Positions 59,909 to 64,000 of a stretch of DNA of 64,000 bases are shown here, one piece after another (position 1 is the stretch's first letter; every line of letters starts with the position of its first letter). The notes below the pieces were generated by a model that did no database searches, had not been told where the DNA came from, and saw nothing but the letters and a program-made list of their open reading frames with translations. The DNA is from Candidatus Thorarchaeota archaeon (GTDB taxonomy: Archaea; Asgardarchaeota; Thorarchaeia; Thorarchaeales; Thorarchaeaceae). The DNA lies in assembly GCA_004524445.1 (NCBI GenBank), contig SDNP01000005.1, positions 37,522 through 101,521 of the forward strand, given 5' to 3'. Both the position numbers and the translations under genes were made by a program.

Positions 59909-60871
59909 GTGGAGTTCATGAAAATCGGCGAAATTTACAGACGGATAGTGCAAATGGGGATTGATGCGGATCCCCGAGGCAAGGAGAAGTTGGAGAGAGT
60001 TCTTGAAAAATCCAAGGAAGAACTGGACAGTCTGGAGGGCATAAAAGCAGATTTGGCTGACAAGGACGCCGCGTGGAACCCTTACACAGATTGCCGGCTG
60101 CTTTACGGAGAAGAAGACAGAGAGGCAAATGGAGTCCTTGCTGGCATTGATATTACGCCGGGAGAGATTCTTTTGGCTGACCGACTTAAGCAAAAGGGGA
60201 AAACAATTGACTTAGTGCTCGCCCATCACCCACATGGTATTGGCAGTTCGAATCTTGATTTTGTGATGAAGCTACAGCCCGAGCATTGGGCAAACATTGG
60301 TGTCCCAATAGCTCAAGCCGAATCAGCGATGGCATCCCGATTGAAGGAGGTTCATTTCGCAACAAAGGCCAGAAATCATACTCAGACGATAGACTCCGCA
60401 AGGCTACTAGACATTCCTTTCATGTGCGCGCATACACCTGCTGATTCTATAGGATATCAGTTTCTTAGGGAGTATCTTGAAGAGAAGGAGCCCTACACTT
60501 TGGGAGATCTTGTCGACGCCTTACTTGAGATACCCGAGTATCAAGGGGCACAGAAGGTTGGTGCAGGACCAGAAATCTTGGTTGGCAGTTCTTCGGGAAG
60601 TGTTGGAGAGAAGTTTGTGTTCTTTACAGGTGGCACGTCACCCGGACCAGATGCCATTCAAAAGCTTGCGAGAGCTGGCGTCAGTACCATCATATCAATG
60701 CATCTCAATGAGAAACTAAAGAAAGAATGCGAAAAAGAGGGAATCTATGTCGTCATAGCAGGCCATCATAGTTCCGACTCTATTGGTATGAACCTGATAC
60801 TTGACGAGCTGGAAAAGGAAGGGTTGAAAAATTACGCTTGCTCTGGCCTAATCCGCCACAGTAGGCTGTAG
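59909..60871 (+). CDS. NIF3/YbgI-like metal-binding protein
   Basis: GID, AHHP, HTPAD, GGT, MH, AGHHSSDSIGMN. Confidence 0.85.
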   Translation: MEFMKIGEIYRRIVQMGIDADPRGKEKLERVLEKSKEELDSLEGIKADLADKDAAWNPYTDCRLLYGEEDREANGVLAGIDITPGEILLADRLKQKGKTIDLVLAHHPHGIGSSNLDFVMKLQPEHWANIGVPIAQAESAMASRLKEVHFATKARNHTQTIDSARLLDIPFMCAHTPADSIGYQFLREYLEEKEPYTLGDLVDALLEIPEYQGAQKVGAGPEILVGSSSGSVGEKFVFFTGGTSPGPDAIQKLARAGVSTIISMHLNEKLKKECEKEGIYVVIAGHHSSDSIGMNLILDELEKEGLKNYACSGLIRHSRL

Positions 60872-60891
60872 ATGAACGATTCAACAGGATT

Positions 60892-60930
60892 GCGGAGGAG
60901 GGGGCTTTCATTTCCGCCGCCCTCCGTTCT
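60892..60930 (+). terminator. GC-rich hairpin after NIF3-like gene
   Basis: GCGGAGG...CCTCCGT imperfect stem. Confidence 0.4.
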
Positions 60931-61298
60931 ATGTGTATAAGGAAGCACAAGAAGAATGAAGTTCTGCTTTTGTGACTAATTACATACTTGGAAATGAGAG
61001 AGAGAATGGGACAAAAGTACTAACCAAGAGGTGGATGCTGTTGTTTTCGACAGCCCCACGGGGCACTCATAGCTGCTCTTTCCAAGCATTCGAGTAGAGG
61101 GAACCAATCAATAATCGTTTTCGGAATATGAGTGCCCTAATTCTTCTTTTAGAGCACTAAGCATCCCCAATCTGACATTTGCGAGGTTATATAAAGGATT
61201 AGAGAGCTTGATGGGTTGAATAAGGCAACAGGTAAAAACTCAGCTTTACCAACCTGAGTTACTATCAAAATTGCCTTATGATATATAGGTGAATAGCA

Positions 61299-61796
61299 AT
61301 GGGAAAGAGAGCGAAAGAAATTGTAGATTTAGATGTAGATGACTTACTAAAGGAACTCAACAAAGCCTTAGCAGATGAATGGTTGGCGTATTATCAATAC
61401 TGGGTCGGCTCAAAAGTACTTGTTGGGCCCATGCGTGGCGCCGTCGAAGCAGAACTAATTGAACATGCAAACGATGAACTTCGTCATGCAGACATGCTCG
61501 CAGAGAGAATTATAACTCTGGGCGGAACACCAATCCTCAGTCCAGATAGCTGGTACAAAATGAATAACTGTGAGTACGCGTCCCCCGATGATCCTGCGGT
61601 ACCGGTGATATTGGATCAGAATATTGATGCAGAGAGATGTGCGATTGACGTTTACGTAAAGATTATGAAGATGACCGATGGTAAGGACCCAGTAACTTGG
61701 GAAATGGCTCGGGAAATCATGACTGACGAGATTGAGCACGAAGAAGATCTTGAAGCACTGAAAGACGACATTGAAGTAATGAAGAGCAGAGTCTGA
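61299..61796 (+). CDS. DPS-like (DPSL) ferritin-family protein
   Basis: ALADEWLAYYQY, ELRHA..LAERI..LGG, Cys pair (NNCEY / AERCAI), DEIEHE. Confidence 0.9.
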   Translation: MGKRAKEIVDLDVDDLLKELNKALADEWLAYYQYWVGSKVLVGPMRGAVEAELIEHANDELRHADMLAERIITLGGTPILSPDSWYKMNNCEYASPDDPAVPVILDQNIDAERCAIDVYVKIMKMTDGKDPVTWEMAREIMTDEIEHEEDLEALKDDIEVMKSRV

Positions 61797-61800
61797 TTGG

Positions 61801-61839
61801 AAAAGAAAAGGCGGGTGCTCACCCGTCCTTCTTTCTTTT
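61801..61839. terminator. bidirectional hairpin terminator
   Basis: AAAAGAAAA-GGCGGGT-gctc-ACCCGTC-CTTCTTTCTTTT between convergent genes. Confidence 0.7.
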
Positions 61840-62291
61840 TATTTATCGAATGATATTTTTCTTAGTGACTCAAAATTATCGACGACATACATATCTTCGA
61901 TTTTGACTTCCATTATTGCTGAGTCCTCTGACTCCACAAAGTCGGTCAAGGTAGGGTGCTTATTCAGCAATAGCTGAGCGTAGTCACTTCTCTTTGTTCC
62001 ATCCACTTCTTGGGCAGTACCCACTACTGCTATTGATGTGGTATTAGTATAGTCCGTCGGTTTATGTTCTCGATCATCTATCATGAGTGTTACTCGCGGG
62101 TTTGCCTGCATGTAACGGTATTTTTTCCGGGCCCTCATTGTCGCGAATATCACATATCTCAAGTCATCAGTTACTACAAAGGCCACAAGACACGAGTAGG
62201 GGTCATCGTTTTTGGATACACCCAGTACTGCAATTCTTTGGTTACTGAAGACGTTGCTCACGGTTGAGCGAAGGGATTCATCAATTGTCAT
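61839..62291 (-). CDS. pyridoxamine 5'-phosphate oxidase-like FMN-binding protein
   Basis: AVLG..DDPY..LVAF, FAT...KY..M.ANPRV.L.ID. Confidence 0.85.
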   Translation of the reverse strand: MTIDESLRSTVSNVFSNQRIAVLGVSKNDDPYSCLVAFVVTDDLRYVIFATMRARKKYRYMQANPRVTLMIDDREHKPTDYTNTTSIAVVGTAQEVDGTKRSDYAQLLLNKHPTLTDFVESEDSAIMEVKIEDMYVVDNFESLRKISFDK

Positions 62292-62297
62292 TCAATG

Positions 62298-63758
62298 TCA
62301 CTCTATTTTCTTTGTCCCACCCATGCGTTCGGGTTCATAATTTGGAATATCTGTAGGGCGTGTCATTCGCTGCGGTGATAGAAGTTTATCAAGCCGGTCT
62401 TCTTCAATCAAGTCCCATTCAAGGACAATTTCCTTTACGGTCTTACCCGTTCGGAGAGCTTCTTGGGCAATCTCACTCGCCTTTTCATAACCCAAAACTG
62501 GATTCAAAGCAGTAGCGAGACCAACACTTCGCTCTACAACTCTGAGCCCCTCTTCATTGGGTTGAATGCCTCTAATGCATTTATCCGCGAATATCGGAAT
62601 TGAGTTCTTGAGAATTTTCAATGCTTGGAAAAAGTTGTATGCTATGACTGGTTCGTAGGCATTCAATTCTAATTGTCCCTCCTGAGCTGCCATGGTAATC
62701 GTTGAGTCATGACCGACAACTTGGAAGGCAACCTGTGATATCATCTCAGGGATTACGGGATTGACTTTTCCGGGCATTATGCTTGAACCCGGCTGAACAG
62801 CGGGCAGCACTATTTCATGGAATCCCCCAATAGGACCAGATGAAAGTAAAATCAAATCTCCACTTATTTTTGCCAAATTGACGGCAAGTACTCTCAGCAA
62901 TGCTGAAGCGTGTACAAACTCATCCGAATTTTGGGTGTCATCAATTAGATTTTCGGCTGTTGTCATCTTATCTAATCCCGTCACTTCTCGGAGGTGTTTT
63001 TCAGCAAGCTCGATATATTCCGGGTCAGCATTGAGTGACGTTCCAATAGCTGTCGCCCCAATATTGTGCGTCATTAGAACATCCATTGCCATTCCGATTC
63101 GCAACAGGTCTCGCTTCAATGCTCCCGACCATGCCCCAAATTCCTGACCCAGCGTTATTGGCACTGCATCCTGCATCTCCGTCCTACCAAGCTTCAATGT
63201 ATCACTGAATTCTTCTGACTTCGCATCTAGTGCAATTATGAGTTTCTCTAATGCATTACTCAGGTCTCGCATGCCATAGATAGTGGCAATCTTAATGGCA
63301 GTTGGATAGACATCGTTTGTTGACTGACTCATATTCACGTGATCGTTTGCGTGAATGGGATACTGCGTATTCTTTGAATGACCCAAGATTTCATTTGCTC
63401 GAGAAGCAATTACTTCGTTGGCGTTCATATTTGATGATGTGCCTGCACCACCTTGTAGCATGTCCACTATGAATTGGTCGTGTAATTGCTCATCAATTAT
63501 CTCATCACATGCTTGGCAAATCGCATCTGCATATTCCTCTTTCAGGTGACCTAGCTCCCGATTTGCCTTCGTGCAGGCCTTTTTGACCATCGCCAATGCT
63601 TGAATTAGGGTGGTATAGCGTTCAAGCATAACTAGCGAAACACCAAAGTTCTCCTTGGCTCTGAGGGTTTGAACACCCCAGTAAGCATCAGCAGGAATTT
63701 CTCTTACTCCTAGGAGGTCTCTCTCCTTTCTGAATTCTCCTTTAGGTTCTTCGTTCAT
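62298..63758 (-). CDS. aspA: aspartate ammonia-lyase
   Basis: YWGVQTLRA.ENF, QGGAGTS.NMN.NE, SQSTND, GSSIMPGKVNP; start ATG 63758 (the longer ORF overlaps ggt). Confidence 0.93.
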   Translation of the reverse strand: MNEEPKGEFRKERDLLGVREIPADAYWGVQTLRAKENFGVSLVMLERYTTLIQALAMVKKACTKANRELGHLKEEYADAICQACDEIIDEQLHDQFIVDMLQGGAGTSSNMNANEVIASRANEILGHSKNTQYPIHANDHVNMSQSTNDVYPTAIKIATIYGMRDLSNALEKLIIALDAKSEEFSDTLKLGRTEMQDAVPITLGQEFGAWSGALKRDLLRIGMAMDVLMTHNIGATAIGTSLNADPEYIELAEKHLREVTGLDKMTTAENLIDDTQNSDEFVHASALLRVLAVNLAKISGDLILLSSGPIGGFHEIVLPAVQPGSSIMPGKVNPVIPEMISQVAFQVVGHDSTITMAAQEGQLELNAYEPVIAYNFFQALKILKNSIPIFADKCIRGIQPNEEGLRVVERSVGLATALNPVLGYEKASEIAQEALRTGKTVKEIVLEWDLIEEDRLDKLLSPQRMTRPTDIPNYEPERMGGTKKIE

Positions 63759-63852
63759 ATCATCACATCTTACTGGGCACATCATCATCTGGCAAATACT
63801 TGAATTACGGTAAATGCAAACTGGGTTTTCAGTGTATTGAATCCCTGGAATT

Positions 63853-63999
63853 TTAGTATCCAACTGCTTGCCCGTCTTTTCGATAATCTGAACCTGCTAT
63901 CCATGCATTTCCATTCACAAAAATAGCTTGTCCACCACCAAAACCAAATGAGGTTTCATGCACCAGCCTATGTCCTTTGAGACGTAATTGACCTTGAAT
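63853..63999 (-). CDS. ggt: gamma-glutamyltransferase C-terminus (truncated by window edge; not in ORF track)
   Basis: IQGQLRLKGH...FGGGQAI...AGSDYRKDGQAVGY*, the typical GGT C-terminal motif. Confidence 0.85.
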   Translation of the reverse strand: MQGQLRLKGHRLVHETSFGFGGGQAIFVNGNAWIAGSDYRKDGQAVGY

Positions 64000-64000
64000 A

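Noticed and set aside
61061-61137. tRNA (77 nt, starts GGGC, contains TTCGA)
   Set aside because: No cloverleaf: 11-bp closing stem, misplaced TTCGA and no anticodon arm.
63759-63863. Cys-rich N-terminal extension of AspA in the ORF track
   Set aside because: It overlaps the ggt 3' end; AspA homology starts at ATG 63758.

Overview
Archaeal chromosomal window, most likely from an Asgard archaeon (Thorarchaeia-like). This is inferred from type 2 IPP isomerase, PurP, AF0577-type radical SAM, DPSL, a 7TM-roadblock/longin fusion and large NosD/Ig-repeat surface proteins. 1-18.5 kb is core metabolism: ADP-forming acetate-CoA ligase alpha subunit, fni, a 12.4-kb purine operon (purN-purF-purP-purP-purC/S fusion-purQ-purL-purE/M fusion-purD-guaA) and an HDAC/AcuC deacetylase. 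18.5-35 kb is mixed: SCP2-like protein, degenerate amidohydrolase, thioredoxin/KaiB-like protein, stand-alone TGT-family enzyme, YyaL, a circularly permuted orphan peptide-binding protein, C39 peptidase, radical SAM/SPASM and GNATs. 35-47 kb is a plastic region. It holds a TGT...ACA inverted/direct repeat set bracketing a SAMP/MoaD plus E1-like pair, comDE between two paralogous membrane zinc-ribbon genes, and the fossil of a group 4 hydrogenase/complex I-like operon. 48-59 kb carries large surface proteins that share a C-terminal stalk. 59-64 kb has a LURP-one/tubby-like protein, NIF3, DPSL, a PNPOx-like protein, aspA and the 3' end of ggt. No rRNA, tRNA, CRISPR array, integrase or transposase was recognised. 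All calls come from reading motifs by eye; no searches were run.
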